This document shows positions 29,124 through 39,384 of a stretch of 64,000 bases of DNA, piece after piece. The notes beneath the pieces were generated by a model, which did no database searches, was not told the DNA's origin, and saw nothing but the letters and a program-made list of their open reading frames with translations. Within the stretch, counting starts at the first letter, position 1. Each line of letters starts with the position of its first letter. Location of the stretch: contig CAXXHB010000003.1 in the NCBI GenBank assembly GCA_963664815.2, forward strand, positions 320,001-384,000, given 5' to 3'. Both the position numbers and the translations under genes were made by a program. Origin of the DNA: Spirochaetota bacterium. GTDB lineage: Bacteria; Spirochaetota; UBA4802; UBA5550.

Positions 29124-31685
29124 ATGACTATAAAAGCAAAATCTGTTTATTTAATTACATCACTGTTGGTCTTACTGATTTCTGTAACAGTTATTTTTAA
29201 AATTCTTTCATCTGAACCTTCAAAATATGAGGGTAAAATTGTGCGTAAAATAGAATTGGAAGGTCTTAAAAATGTTGATGAGGCTGATATTGAAGAAGTG
29301 ATGCTTACAACAGTCGGGTATCCTCTTAAGGCTGCAGAAGTAAGAGAGGATATAAAAAATATTTTTGCGCTTGGACAATTTGAGAATGTTAATGTTGAAA
29401 TTGATGATTATTCCGACGGAGTAAAACTGAGGTTTGTACTGGAGGAGAGGCCTGTTGTTGAAAAAATCGTGTTTAAAGGTAATGATGAATTAATTGAAAC
29501 AGATTTAATTGAAGCTATGCATTTGAAAGAGGGGAGTATTTACAGAAAGGATTTTCTTGAAAACAGTATAAAGTCTTTAAAAGAAAAATATAATAAAGAG
29601 GGTTATTATAATTCATATATTACCTATAAACTGAAAAAAGGTACGGACACCAATTCAGTGATAATTGATATTATTATTGATGAAGGTGAAGAGGTTAAGG
29701 TTGAGAAAATTGCTATTCTCGGAGCAACGAAGATTTATGTTAAAAAAATCCGGGGACTGATGGATACAAAAGAGGATGCATGGTATCAGGATGGAGCGTT
29801 TAAAAAGGAAGTTTATGAAGAGGATAAAAGAAAAATATTAGGATTTTATCAGCAGGAGGGGTATCTTGACGCCCAGATAATTGATGAAAAAGTTGATTAT
29901 GAATGGACTAATCCACTTGAACCGGGAACCCGTTGTATTTATATTGTTCTGAAGCTTAGTGAAGGTGAGAAGTATTATTTTGAGGGACCGTATGATATAA
30001 AAATCGGAGACGGGAAAAGTAATGTTCTTACTGAAAAAGAAATTGAAAAACTGAAGGAATCATTCCTTTTGAAAGAAAATGGAGAGCTGTTTGATAATAC
30101 AAAGTTTCTTAACGACAGACAGTCTATCAGTTTTCTTTATGCCTCAAAAGGATATATATTTGCAAGGGTTGTACCGAATAAAACAATCACTGAGCGGGAA
30201 GTTGAGGTTAATGGAGTTAAAGAGAAGAGAAAGTTTGTTAAAGTTGATTTTACAGTGGATGAAGGGAAAAAAGCATATATAGAGCAGATAATTATAAAGG
30301 GTAATAAAAAAACAAAAGATAAAGTTATAAGAAGAGAGCTTGCAATAAAGGAGGGGGAACTTTTCAATTCTGAATTGATGCAGATATCACGTGAGACAGT
30401 TTTCAATCTTGGTTATTTTAAACAGGTAAATTTTGATGTAAGGCCTGGAACCAAGGATGGTTATATGAATCTTATAATCGATGTTGAGGAACAGCCGTCA
30501 GGAACAATCTCTATGGGGGGTGGATATGGTTCATCTTCGGGGTTTTCAATCTTTGCAGATATTACTGAAAATAATTTTCTTGGCAATGGACAGACAGTGG
30601 GGGTTAAATTTGAGTATGGTCCTAAAAAGTCATCAGTTACATTGAGCTTCAAAGAGAGATGGCTGCAGGATTATCCGGTGGGATTTAACGCTTCTATTTT
30701 TTATTATGTTTATCAATATACTTCTACCTCCATTTTTGCTGATTCTGATGAAGATGCGAACTATAAAAAGCGCGGTATTGGATATTCACTTGGTTTAAGC
30801 TACAGATTCTGGTATTACTGGGTAACCGGAGTGACATGGGTTCAGACTGTTAAATCATATTTTGATCCATCTGGGAATGCCAATGATGCAATCTTTTTGT
30901 CTGTAGCCCGCGGGTTCCAGTTGAAAAATACACTGAAATATTATGTCTATCGGGATTCAAAAGATAACTACCTTAATCCGACAAAAGGTTTCAGGACAGG
31001 TGTGACTGCAGCTGTTACAGGCGGGCCAGTACTCAGAGGGAATGATCATTTTACTCAATATACTCCGGAATTCTATCTTTATTACTCTCCATTTCATATA
31101 CCGTTTCTTAAATCACATCCCACAGTTATCGAACTCAGGGCAAGCGCTGATTTTATTACTCCTCCCCTGGGTAGAAACTGGGTAAAGGACCATCAAAATT
31201 ATGAAAATAATGAATGGCTTGAATCTGAGGATCGGCTTTCAATCGGCGGGCCTGAAACTGTAAGAGGTTGGGATTATAACGATTCAAGTATGCCTGATTC
31301 ATGGAGATATGTGGGATTGTATAACAGAATTTTATACGGTGGAGAATATCGTATTCCGCTTCATCCGCAGATGCTCTGGGTTTCCGTATTTTTTGATGCC
31401 GGTTCTCTCTGGTCAGATAAATATTGGGAGCAGCAGTTAAGTGATACATATAAAAAATATGTGAATGAAGATCTTGCATCGGGGAAATTAAGAAGAATAA
31501 GCCAGCTGACTGATGGAGATCTTCTCCCGTATTTTATATATTCTTACGGTTTTGGAATTAAAGTACAGGTTCCGATGATGCCATTGAGGTTCTGGTTTGC
31601 AAAAAAAATGATTTATGAAGAAAAGGAATTTAAAACTATAAGTGGATATAATTTCCAGTTTTCCATAGGGGATATACATTACTGA
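29124..31685 (+). CDS. bamA: Outer membrane protein assembly factor BamA
   Basis: POTRA repeats (GLKNV, EERP, GNKKTKDKVIRRE, LGYF), ENNFLGNGQ, VRGW L6 motif, terminal FQFSIG. Confidence 0.93.
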   Translation: MTIKAKSVYLITSLLVLLISVTVIFKILSSEPSKYEGKIVRKIELEGLKNVDEADIEEVMLTTVGYPLKAAEVREDIKNIFALGQFENVNVEIDDYSDGVKLRFVLEERPVVEKIVFKGNDELIETDLIEAMHLKEGSIYRKDFLENSIKSLKEKYNKEGYYNSYITYKLKKGTDTNSVIIDIIIDEGEEVKVEKIAILGATKIYVKKIRGLMDTKEDAWYQDGAFKKEVYEEDKRKILGFYQQEGYLDAQIIDEKVDYEWTNPLEPGTRCIYIVLKLSEGEKYYFEGPYDIKIGDGKSNVLTEKEIEKLKESFLLKENGELFDNTKFLNDRQSISFLYASKGYIFARVVPNKTITEREVEVNGVKEKRKFVKVDFTVDEGKKAYIEQIIIKGNKKTKDKVIRRELAIKEGELFNSELMQISRETVFNLGYFKQVNFDVRPGTKDGYMNLIIDVEEQPSGTISMGGGYGSSSGFSIFADITENNFLGNGQTVGVKFEYGPKKSSVTLSFKERWLQDYPVGFNASIFYYVYQYTSTSIFADSDEDANYKKRGIGYSLGLSYRFWYYWVTGVTWVQTVKSYFDPSGNANDAIFLSVARGFQLKNTLKYYVYRDSKDNYLNPTKGFRTGVTAAVTGGPVLRGNDHFTQYTPEFYLYYSPFHIPFLKSHPTVIELRASADFITPPLGRNWVKDHQNYENNEWLESEDRLSIGGPETVRGWDYNDSSMPDSWRYVGLYNRILYGGEYRIPLHPQMLWVSVFFDAGSLWSDKYWEQQLSDTYKKYVNEDLASGKLRRISQLTDGDLLPYFIYSYGFGIKVQVPMMPLRFWFAKKMIYEEKEFKTISGYNFQFSIGDIHY

Positions 31686-32155
31686 TGCGATGCATTATGA
31701 AAATTATTATCATTATTTTCTCTTTGAGTGTTATCTCATGTTCAACAGGAAAAAACGTCTCCACAGATTATGTTATCAGATGTATTAACCTTAATGCTGT
31801 GTATAGCTATATGTATAACAGCAGCAATGAAGCTCAGAATATAAAAAGAAAAACAGATACCATGAATAATAAAATTGAAGAGATCGAAAATTCTGAAGCG
31901 GATGTTCAAAAATCAGAACTTGTTTACTATAAAAGTGAAATTGTAAAATTGAAAGAACAGGAAAAAAAACTTAAAGCTGAATTTTATTTAAAAATTAAAA
32001 CCGCGGTAAATAACATCGCTGCCAGACATAATGCCGACTTCATATTTAATTCAGGAGACAGTATGGTTTATTCGAAATTGTCATATGATGTTACAAATGA
32101 AGTTATAAGTGAACTAAAGAGTCTAGAAAAAAGAACATCGCCTGTATATAAATAA
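31685..32155 (+). CDS. OmpH/Skp-like protein with lipoprotein signal
   Basis: Follows bamA; VISC lipobox; coiled coil; KIKTAVNNIA...DFIF...YDVTNEVI Skp-like C-terminus. Confidence 0.7.
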   Translation: MRCIMKIIIIIFSLSVISCSTGKNVSTDYVIRCINLNAVYSYMYNSSNEAQNIKRKTDTMNNKIEEIENSEADVQKSELVYYKSEIVKLKEQEKKLKAEFYLKIKTAVNNIAARHNADFIFNSGDSMVYSKLSYDVTNEVISELKSLEKRTSPVYK

Positions 32156-32172
32156 AAAACGATCCGGAGATT

Positions 32173-32838
32173 ATGAGAAAAATCTGCTATATAATATTTT
32201 CTGCTTTAATTTTTATTTCCTGTAGTGATGTGAAAAAGGAGTCTCTGCAGAAAGTTTTTTCATCTCATAAAGTAGTATATGCTCTCGTAATAATAAAGAA
32301 AGAGTTTAAACTGGAAGTTTATGATTCCGGTTACAGGAAAATCAATTCATATAGTATAGGTATTGCTCACAACCCTGATATGAAACCCAAACTCTATGAA
32401 GGCGACAACAGAACTCCGGAAGGAATATATGAGATTAATGAAATATTGAGTATGGATTCTGCAAAAGAGTCTGAATCATACAGAAAGCTTATGAATATGA
32501 ACAGGGTCTATTTTAAAAAATCAAAGGGTTATCATAAATTTGGAGATCCTGAATCTGATCTTGGTGATAATGCCTATGGTCCAAGATATTATGGAATTAA
32601 TTATCCGGTTGATAAAGATTTTGATAATTACAGGAAAGCGTATGATAAGGGTGGAATCCCCTCCATAAATGGTAAACCTGCAGAGATAGGCTACGGGATA
32701 GCAATACATGGGAATAATGATGAAGAATCAATCGGGCATCTGTGTTCAAGCGGATGTATCAGGATGTATAACCGCGATGTTATTGATCTTGAGAAATATG
32801 TTGTGCTTTCTACGCCGGTTATTATACTGCACGAATAA
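32173..32838 (+). CDS. L,D-transpeptidase (YkuD family) lipoprotein
   Basis: FISC lipobox; EGDNRTPEGIY; IAIHG...SSGCIRM catalytic motif. Confidence 0.88.
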   Translation: MRKICYIIFSALIFISCSDVKKESLQKVFSSHKVVYALVIIKKEFKLEVYDSGYRKINSYSIGIAHNPDMKPKLYEGDNRTPEGIYEINEILSMDSAKESESYRKLMNMNRVYFKKSKGYHKFGDPESDLGDNAYGPRYYGINYPVDKDFDNYRKAYDKGGIPSINGKPAEIGYGIAIHGNNDEESIGHLCSSGCIRMYNRDVIDLEKYVVLSTPVIILHE

Positions 32839-32988
32839 CATTATGTATTTGTATATTTTTCCGGAGAATTATTAAGGTTTATTCTGAATGAATTATACTT
32901 ATGCATTTGTAATAGGTGGAAATTAATAAGTTGACATAAGCAACTTGTTATTAAGTATTGAAAATATTCAAAGAATTTATATAACAGG

Positions 32989-33297
32989 ATGTGTATTATG
33001 TTTGGAGCAGCTTACGCGCAGGGGCAGGGCGCAGCAGGATCGGGAAGCTGGATGAGTTTTGTCCCGATAGTCCTTATGATTGTCATTTTCTATTTCCTTC
33101 TGATCAGACCACAACAGAAAAAAGAGAAACAAAGGTTGGCTATGATTAATAATTTAAAGAATGGAGACAAGATAATTACTGCAAGTGGAATGTACGGAGT
33201 TGTTACAGGAATAAAAGATGACATCATTATTGTAAAAGTCGCGTCTAACACTAATATTGAATTTTCAAAAAGCGCTATACAGGCTAAGATTTCCTGA
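32989..33297 (+). CDS. yajC: Preprotein translocase subunit YajC
   Basis: IFYFLLIRPQQKK, LKNGDKIITASGMYG. Confidence 0.93.
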   Translation: MCIMFGAAYAQGQGAAGSGSWMSFVPIVLMIVIFYFLLIRPQQKKEKQRLAMINNLKNGDKIITASGMYGVVTGIKDDIIIVKVASNTNIEFSKSAIQAKIS

Positions 33298-33317
33298 AAA
33301 GGGTAAAAAAATATTTT

Positions 33318-33935
33318 ATGAAATTGTTAAAGGTGTTAACAATAATATTACTTTCGGTTTCTTTATTTTTTTCGGTTTCATATACCCAGGAAAATAATAC
33401 CGGTGCCGTTATTGACAATCTGCAGAACAATAACAAATCCGGAGATGTTCCCGCTGCCGAAATCGAGAAAACAGTTACAACGCCTACCAAAAAAGAAACA
33501 GAAACAGCGGACAAAAAACAGCCTTCAATTCCTGAACATAAAAGCGAAAACAGGAAAAAAGAAAAACCTGAAAAAAAAGTTACTGCTGCACCTGTTGAAG
33601 ATAAGGAAGAGAACACTGAGCAGGTAAAGGCAGAAGGGGATCTCCTTCCTATAAATGAAGGGAATTTTAAATATAAGAGAATACCTGATATAAAACTGGT
33701 CGATATAACTCCGGAAACTACCAATTCAGGCTCACTGATTTCTGAAAAACCGGGTCAAAGTAATGAGGTAAATACCGGCTTTCTTGGATTGAGTAAAACT
33801 GCATCCGATGTTATTGTAAAAGGCGGAGTACTTCTTCTTATACTTATAATCTTTATAATTTATAAAACAAGAATGTCCGGTCCTGGCGGTAAAAGTTCAA
33901 AAAGAAGAAATGTTTTGAATAGTTACAGGAAATAA
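33318..33935 (+). CDS. Hypothetical bitopic membrane protein between yajC and secD
   Basis: Signal peptide, Lys/Glu/Thr/Pro-rich linker, FKYKRIPDI motif, C-terminal TM plus basic tail. Confidence 0.75.
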   Translation: MKLLKVLTIILLSVSLFFSVSYTQENNTGAVIDNLQNNNKSGDVPAAEIEKTVTTPTKKETETADKKQPSIPEHKSENRKKEKPEKKVTAAPVEDKEENTEQVKAEGDLLPINEGNFKYKRIPDIKLVDITPETTNSGSLISEKPGQSNEVNTGFLGLSKTASDVIVKGGVLLLILIIFIIYKTRMSGPGGKSSKRRNVLNSYRK

Positions 33936-33954
33936 TATTTCACAGAGGAATTAG

Positions 33955-35610
33955 ATGACTAAAGAAATGATCAGGAAACTCATTTTTATAATCTTATTAA
34001 TTACATTTTGCGTTGTTTTAATACTTCCTACCATTGGGAGTAAAAAGATGGAAATAAAACTTGCGGATACTGCTACTACTGAAGATATTGAAGCGGTTAA
34101 ACAGCGGTTTTCCGGGAGCGGGTATAGTCTGAAAATAGATGATAAAAAAATAACTGTAGCGGGGAGAAATATTACTGATGCAGTTATGAATGAAATGAAA
34201 GTTTTAAATGGTGTTTCAGATGTAAAAATTTTAAAACACTGGGCCGAAACTGTATTTTTGGCTAAGAAGATAAATCTCGGTCTTGACCTTCAGGGAGGAA
34301 TGCACCTTGTTCTTAAGGCAGATTTTGAAGGTACTGAAAAAAAACTTGGCCGTGAACTTTCCGAAAAAGATAAAAACGAAATAACACAGCAGGCTTTGGA
34401 ACTCATCCGGAGCCGTATTGATAAATTTGGCGTATCTGAGCCTCAGATAAGACCTCGTGGAAATGAAGCAATTGAGATAGGTTTGCCTGGCATTAAAGAT
34501 CCTGCAGGTGTAAAAAAAGCTATTGGTACAACAGGAAGTCTGGAGTATAGGCTTGTAGATGATAATTATACAGGATTGGCTAATGCCTGGTTAAAAGAAA
34601 ATTTTAAAGATAAGGAACTCCCATCTGATCCTGTAGAACTGAAGTCTTTGCTTTTAAAAATTTCAGAAGGTATTAAGCTTCCTGATAATCTGGAAGCTTT
34701 ATTCTCATATAAGAGAGTTAAGGATAAAGGAATTATAGTTCCGGATTATCCGATAGTTCTTTTAAAAGAAATTTCTCTTAAAGGAACAGATATACAGGAA
34801 GCAATGGTTGAAAAAGATGAATATAATCAGGTAGTTGTCGCATTTAAAACAACATCAGATGGAGCTTCTAAATTTGCAGAAGCTACTTCAGAAAAAAATC
34901 ATGGGAAAAAACTGGCAATTGTTCTTGATGATAAGGTCAGGAATGCTCCTAATATTAAAGACACTATCGGATCCGGAAGCGGTACTATTAGTGGCGGTTT
35001 TTCTTTTGAAGAAGCCCAAACTCTGGCTAGGGTAATTAAGGAAGGGGCTCTTCCTGTCAATTTGAGAATCATTGAGGAAAGGTCAGTAGGGCCGTCTCTT
35101 GGTCAGGATTCGATTGAAGCGGGAATAAAGTCTTTTATCGTTGGTCTGGGTGCGATTATAATTTTTATGATTATTTATTATAAATGGGCAGGTGTAATAG
35201 CAAATCTGGGTTTAATTTTAAATTTTATATTTATGATGGCAGTACTATCCCTCCTTGGATATACTTTGACTTTGCCGGGTATAGCCGGTTTTGTACTTAC
35301 AATGGGGATGTCTGTTGATGCAAACGTAATTATTTATGAGAGAATAAAAGAGGAATTGAAAAGAGGAAAATCGGTAAGATTTGCTATTTCAGCAGGATTT
35401 GATAAAGGTTTCTGGACTATTTTTGATTCTAACCTGACAACTCTTTTGGCTGCTTTTATACTATATGAGTTCGGCACAGGTCCGATAAAAGGATTTGCTG
35501 TTTCACTTTTCGTAGGATTATTAGCAAGTATGTTTGTGGCTCTGTATATTACAAGATTTACCTATGAATTGTTATCATTAGATAAAAAGAAAACTAAACT
35601 TAGTATATAA
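33955..35610 (+). CDS. secD: Protein translocase subunit SecD
   Basis: NLGLDLQGG, RIDKFGVSEP, LAIVLD, VGPSLG, LTLPGIAG, VDANVIIYERIKEE, FDSNLTT. Confidence 0.96.
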   Translation: MTKEMIRKLIFIILLITFCVVLILPTIGSKKMEIKLADTATTEDIEAVKQRFSGSGYSLKIDDKKITVAGRNITDAVMNEMKVLNGVSDVKILKHWAETVFLAKKINLGLDLQGGMHLVLKADFEGTEKKLGRELSEKDKNEITQQALELIRSRIDKFGVSEPQIRPRGNEAIEIGLPGIKDPAGVKKAIGTTGSLEYRLVDDNYTGLANAWLKENFKDKELPSDPVELKSLLLKISEGIKLPDNLEALFSYKRVKDKGIIVPDYPIVLLKEISLKGTDIQEAMVEKDEYNQVVVAFKTTSDGASKFAEATSEKNHGKKLAIVLDDKVRNAPNIKDTIGSGSGTISGGFSFEEAQTLARVIKEGALPVNLRIIEERSVGPSLGQDSIEAGIKSFIVGLGAIIIFMIIYYKWAGVIANLGLILNFIFMMAVLSLLGYTLTLPGIAGFVLTMGMSVDANVIIYERIKEELKRGKSVRFAISAGFDKGFWTIFDSNLTTLLAAFILYEFGTGPIKGFAVSLFVGLLASMFVALYITRFTYELLSLDKKKTKLSI

Positions 35611-35621
35611 GGAGAGATGTT

Positions 35622-36527
35622 TTGGAGAGGAAAACAATAAATTTTCTTGAATATAGACATATAGCTATCGGATTTTCCTGGATTATGATTGTTGGTTTTA
35701 CCGCCATAACATTGTTCAGAGGTGGATTTATTATGGGTATTGACTTTGTCGGAGGATATAAAGTTATAGCCAAATTTGAGGATAAAACAGTTAACGAAGC
35801 TAAAATAAGACATGCTTTAACAGCATTTGATATAGAAATACAACAGGTTGGTGAACCTGTTAAAAATGAGTATATGATTTCTACAAAGCTTGAAAATATA
35901 CCAGCTAATAATTCCAGCGGAACACCAGTATTATCAAAGTATGAAATGTTGAAAAATACAATATCAGAAAATTTTAAGGGTTCTACAATTATAAGTGAGG
36001 AAAATGTTGGTCCTTCTATTGGAGATTTTTTAAGAAAATCTGCCTGGAAACTCTCCTTTATGTCTATAGTGATGATGACTATTTATCTTGCATTCAGGTT
36101 CGAATTGAAATATGCTGTTGGAGCCATGATTGCTCTGCTTCACGATATAGCAGCAACGATTGCCTTTTGCGGTCTTATGAAAGTAGAATTTAATATTCCT
36201 GTTATAGCAGCATTACTTACAATTTTTGGATATTCAGTTAACGATACAATTGTAATTTTTGACAGGATTAGGGAAACAAATGAACTGAAATTAAAAGAGA
36301 CTTTTATTCATACAATGGATAAAGCAATCACACAAACTTTATCACGGACAATACTAACGGTAATGTTAACTCTTTTTGCTGTTATAGCGCTGTTTATACT
36401 TGGCGGACCTGTGCTGCATGACTTTTCACTTGTCCTTCTTTTCGGATTTGTTGTCGGGGCATATTCTTCTATATTTATTGCTTCTCCTTTTGTTTATTGG
36501 TGGGAACAGTTGGTTGTAAAAAAATAA
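35622..36527 (+). CDS. secF: Protein translocase subunit SecF
   Basis: GIDFVGG, VGPSIG, ALLHD, GYSVNDTIVIFDRIRE, YSSIFIA; TTG start after AAGGAG. Confidence 0.95.
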   Translation: MERKTINFLEYRHIAIGFSWIMIVGFTAITLFRGGFIMGIDFVGGYKVIAKFEDKTVNEAKIRHALTAFDIEIQQVGEPVKNEYMISTKLENIPANNSSGTPVLSKYEMLKNTISENFKGSTIISEENVGPSIGDFLRKSAWKLSFMSIVMMTIYLAFRFELKYAVGAMIALLHDIAATIAFCGLMKVEFNIPVIAALLTIFGYSVNDTIVIFDRIRETNELKLKETFIHTMDKAITQTLSRTILTVMLTLFAVIALFILGGPVLHDFSLVLLFGFVVGAYSSIFIASPFVYWWEQLVVKK

Positions 36528-36576
36528 AATTATTTTCAGGAGCAGGAATAGACTTTGTCCTGAGCTCTGTTTAAAA

Positions 36577-37464
36577 TTGAAGAATCTTAAATATTCTTTT
36601 TTCATATTATTTTTGTTCATTCATACAATGGTGTCAGCTGAAGAAGCACCATTGTATGATGATTTTACTCCGGAGAAAATTTCCTCTTTTACCTGTTCAC
36701 TAATTGAAAAGGGTGAGTATTACAGGGCATATGTTGAACTCCTCAGGGTTCGTTCATATTATCCGTCATTCATTGATACTTCTGTTTATGATATTACTGC
36801 TGATTATCTGTTCTATAAAAGCAAAAGATATGAAGATCTGCTGAAGATTGATGTTGCGGGTGTCAATGATGATATTTTTATACCTATATCACTTTTCCAG
36901 ATTGATAGTTTTATAAAACTTAAAAGGAAAGCGGATGCTGAATTAAAATTGGCTGAGTTATATAAAAGACCTGATGCAGATATTTATATGGAATATCTTA
37001 AAAAAAGATCAGTATATTTGTTGATTCTGTCTTCCAATTATGATTCAAATAAGATAAAAAATATGTATCCTGAATATAATGAGTTGTTCTATTATTCTGA
37101 AATTAATTATGAAAGCAGAAAAAACCCGTTTATTGGAGCTTTTGCGGGAATAATTCCAGGTATGGGATATTGTTATGCCGGAGAAATCGGCACAGGCATT
37201 GTGGCAATGGTTGTTATCGGGATTGGTTCTGCTGTGACATATGGTGCACACAGTTATGACCTTAATTCACTTTCAGTAATCACCGGTGCTATAACGTTTT
37301 TTTTCTACGGAGGTAGTATTGCAGGTGGATATATGCAGACGCTTAAGTTTAATGATCGCCTTGAAAGAGCTTTGGAGATGAAGCTTGACAGGGAGCTTTC
37401 GCCGGAAAAAGATATCGATGAGATTTATTTTAAATTCGGGATAAATTCTAATGACTGCAAATGA
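36577..37464 (+). CDS. Hypothetical membrane protein (helical/TPR-like N-part, TM2-like C-part)
   Basis: Signal peptide; GEYYRAYVE; KNPFIGAFAGIIPGMGYCYAG followed by TM helices. Confidence 0.65.
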   Translation: MKNLKYSFFILFLFIHTMVSAEEAPLYDDFTPEKISSFTCSLIEKGEYYRAYVELLRVRSYYPSFIDTSVYDITADYLFYKSKRYEDLLKIDVAGVNDDIFIPISLFQIDSFIKLKRKADAELKLAELYKRPDADIYMEYLKKRSVYLLILSSNYDSNKIKNMYPEYNELFYYSEINYESRKNPFIGAFAGIIPGMGYCYAGEIGTGIVAMVVIGIGSAVTYGAHSYDLNSLSVITGAITFFFYGGSIAGGYMQTLKFNDRLERALEMKLDRELSPEKDIDEIYFKFGINSNDCK

Positions 37465-38677
37465 TAGATTCATGAAACGGGCTTGTGAGATCGCCTTTAC
37501 CAGAATCGGAAAGACTTCACCGAATCCGGCTGTCGGCGCAGTAATAGTCAATAATGGAATTATTATCGGGGAAGGGGGTACCGGTGCTTATGGCAGCGAT
37601 CATGCCGAAGTAGCAGCTCTAAAGGATGCTAAAAGTAAGGGTAATGACATTGAAGGAGCAGAAATTTATGTATCTCTGGAACCATGCAGCCATTACGGCA
37701 AGACTCCTCCCTGCACTGAAGCGTTAATCAAAAACGGAATAAAAAAGGTTTATCTGCCTCTTCTTGATCCGAATCCTGTTGTGTCCGGGAATGGTGTTAA
37801 GTCTCTGATCGGGGCAGGGATTGAGATAAATATCATGCATAATCATTTCAATGCTGCGTCGGATATGCTCCGCAGTTTTAAAAAATATATATTGAGAAAT
37901 GAACCTTTTATTATTAATAAATGTGCAATAACTTTAGACGGTAAAATTGCCGCAGATTCAGGTGATTCAAAATGGATATCAAATGAATATACCAGATTAT
38001 TTGTCCATAAACTCCGGTCTAAAGTTGATGCGGTAATAATTGGCAGCAACACTTTTATAAATGATAATCCAATGCTAAATGTCAGGTTGAATGATTTCAA
38101 CGGAGATATATATAATAAATTAAAAGAAAGCTCGGGGATTGTCAGTGGAAGGGATAACTTTTATCTTACCGGTTTGCTTAATAGTGAAATAACTGATTAT
38201 AAAGAACCGTTGAGAGTAATGATCGGCATGCCCCCTGATATTTCTCCGGATTCTAATTTTATTCGTGATAATAATTATATAATTATCACCGATGAAAAAA
38301 CATTTGGAGATGCAGTCTGTAAAAATCGTGAATTGAAAAAAATTACAGAAAAACTGAATATTGTCAAAGGAAGCTTCACCTCAAATGTTGAAAGTGTAAG
38401 GTTTGTTCTTGAAGTTCTTAAAGCAAAAGGGATTATGACGGCTCTCCTTGAGGGTGGAGGTACATTGAATGGTTCGTTCTTTAATGCGGGAGCTATTGAT
38501 CAGTTTTTATATGTTATTGCACCTAAAGTATTAGGAAGCGGAATTTCTCCAATTCGCGGGAAAGTGAGCGAGAAAATTACAGATTCGCTTATTCTGAGGG
38601 ATATATCGGCTGTTTTAATCGGAGATAATATGCTGTTCAATGGCTATAAAGAAGAATATAATTTTGAAATGATGTGA
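37451..38677 (+). CDS. ribD: Bifunctional riboflavin deaminase/reductase RibD
   Basis: PNPAVGAV, HAE, LEPCSHYGKTPPC, TLDGKIA, SKWIS, LEGGG. Confidence 0.94.
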   Translation: MTANDRFMKRACEIAFTRIGKTSPNPAVGAVIVNNGIIIGEGGTGAYGSDHAEVAALKDAKSKGNDIEGAEIYVSLEPCSHYGKTPPCTEALIKNGIKKVYLPLLDPNPVVSGNGVKSLIGAGIEINIMHNHFNAASDMLRSFKKYILRNEPFIINKCAITLDGKIAADSGDSKWISNEYTRLFVHKLRSKVDAVIIGSNTFINDNPMLNVRLNDFNGDIYNKLKESSGIVSGRDNFYLTGLLNSEITDYKEPLRVMIGMPPDISPDSNFIRDNNYIIITDEKTFGDAVCKNRELKKITEKLNIVKGSFTSNVESVRFVLEVLKAKGIMTALLEGGGTLNGSFFNAGAIDQFLYVIAPKVLGSGISPIRGKVSEKITDSLILRDISAVLIGDNMLFNGYKEEYNFEMM

Positions 38678-38684
38678 GGCGTCC

Positions 38685-39341
38685 ATGTTTACAGGTTTGA
38701 TCGAAGAAACAGGTTCAGTTCTTGGGATTAGAGGCTCTGGTGAAGGTAAGATACTAGAAATAGGCGCTGATAAAGTTCTGGAAGGGACAAAAAAAGGCGA
38801 TTCAATCTCAATCAATGGAGCATGTCAGACCGTCGTAGATATGTCATCAAATAGTTTTTCTGTTTTTGTTTCAAGAGTAACGCTTGGAATTACTACACTG
38901 GGAGAGTTTATACCCGGGCGGATTGTGAACCTGGAGAGGGCTCTGACTTTAAACTCAAGGCTTGGAGGGCATATTGTTCAGGGACATGTCGATTGCCGCG
39001 GGAAAGTGAGGAATATCAAAGCAGATGTCAAAGGTGTGGATATAGATATTGATGTAAGTGGAGATTATGGTAAATATATAGTTGAAAAAGGATCAATTAC
39101 AGTAGATGGGATTTCATTGACGGTAGTTTCAATAAGAGAAAACGGATTTAAGCTTTATCTGATACCGGAAACCATTGATAATACTATTATCAAAAACTGG
39201 AAAGCAGGAACTGAAGTAAATATTGAAACAGACATATTGGCGAGGTATGTTGAACAGATGTTAAAATTCGGGAAAAATTATCCAGATAAGAAGAATGATA
39301 TTAATCTCATGAATAAACTTTTTGAAAATGGTTATATATAA
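38685..39341 (+). CDS. ribE: Riboflavin synthase (alpha chain)
   Basis: MFTGLIEE, GDSISING, VNLERA, GGHIVQGHVD, KGSITVDGISLT, VNIETD. Confidence 0.95.
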   Translation: MFTGLIEETGSVLGIRGSGEGKILEIGADKVLEGTKKGDSISINGACQTVVDMSSNSFSVFVSRVTLGITTLGEFIPGRIVNLERALTLNSRLGGHIVQGHVDCRGKVRNIKADVKGVDIDIDVSGDYGKYIVEKGSITVDGISLTVVSIRENGFKLYLIPETIDNTIIKNWKAGTEVNIETDILARYVEQMLKFGKNYPDKKNDINLMNKLFENGYI

Positions 39342-39384
39342 CCATTTTCGTAATTTAAAAAATGATTTTATTCCTGAATTCTGA

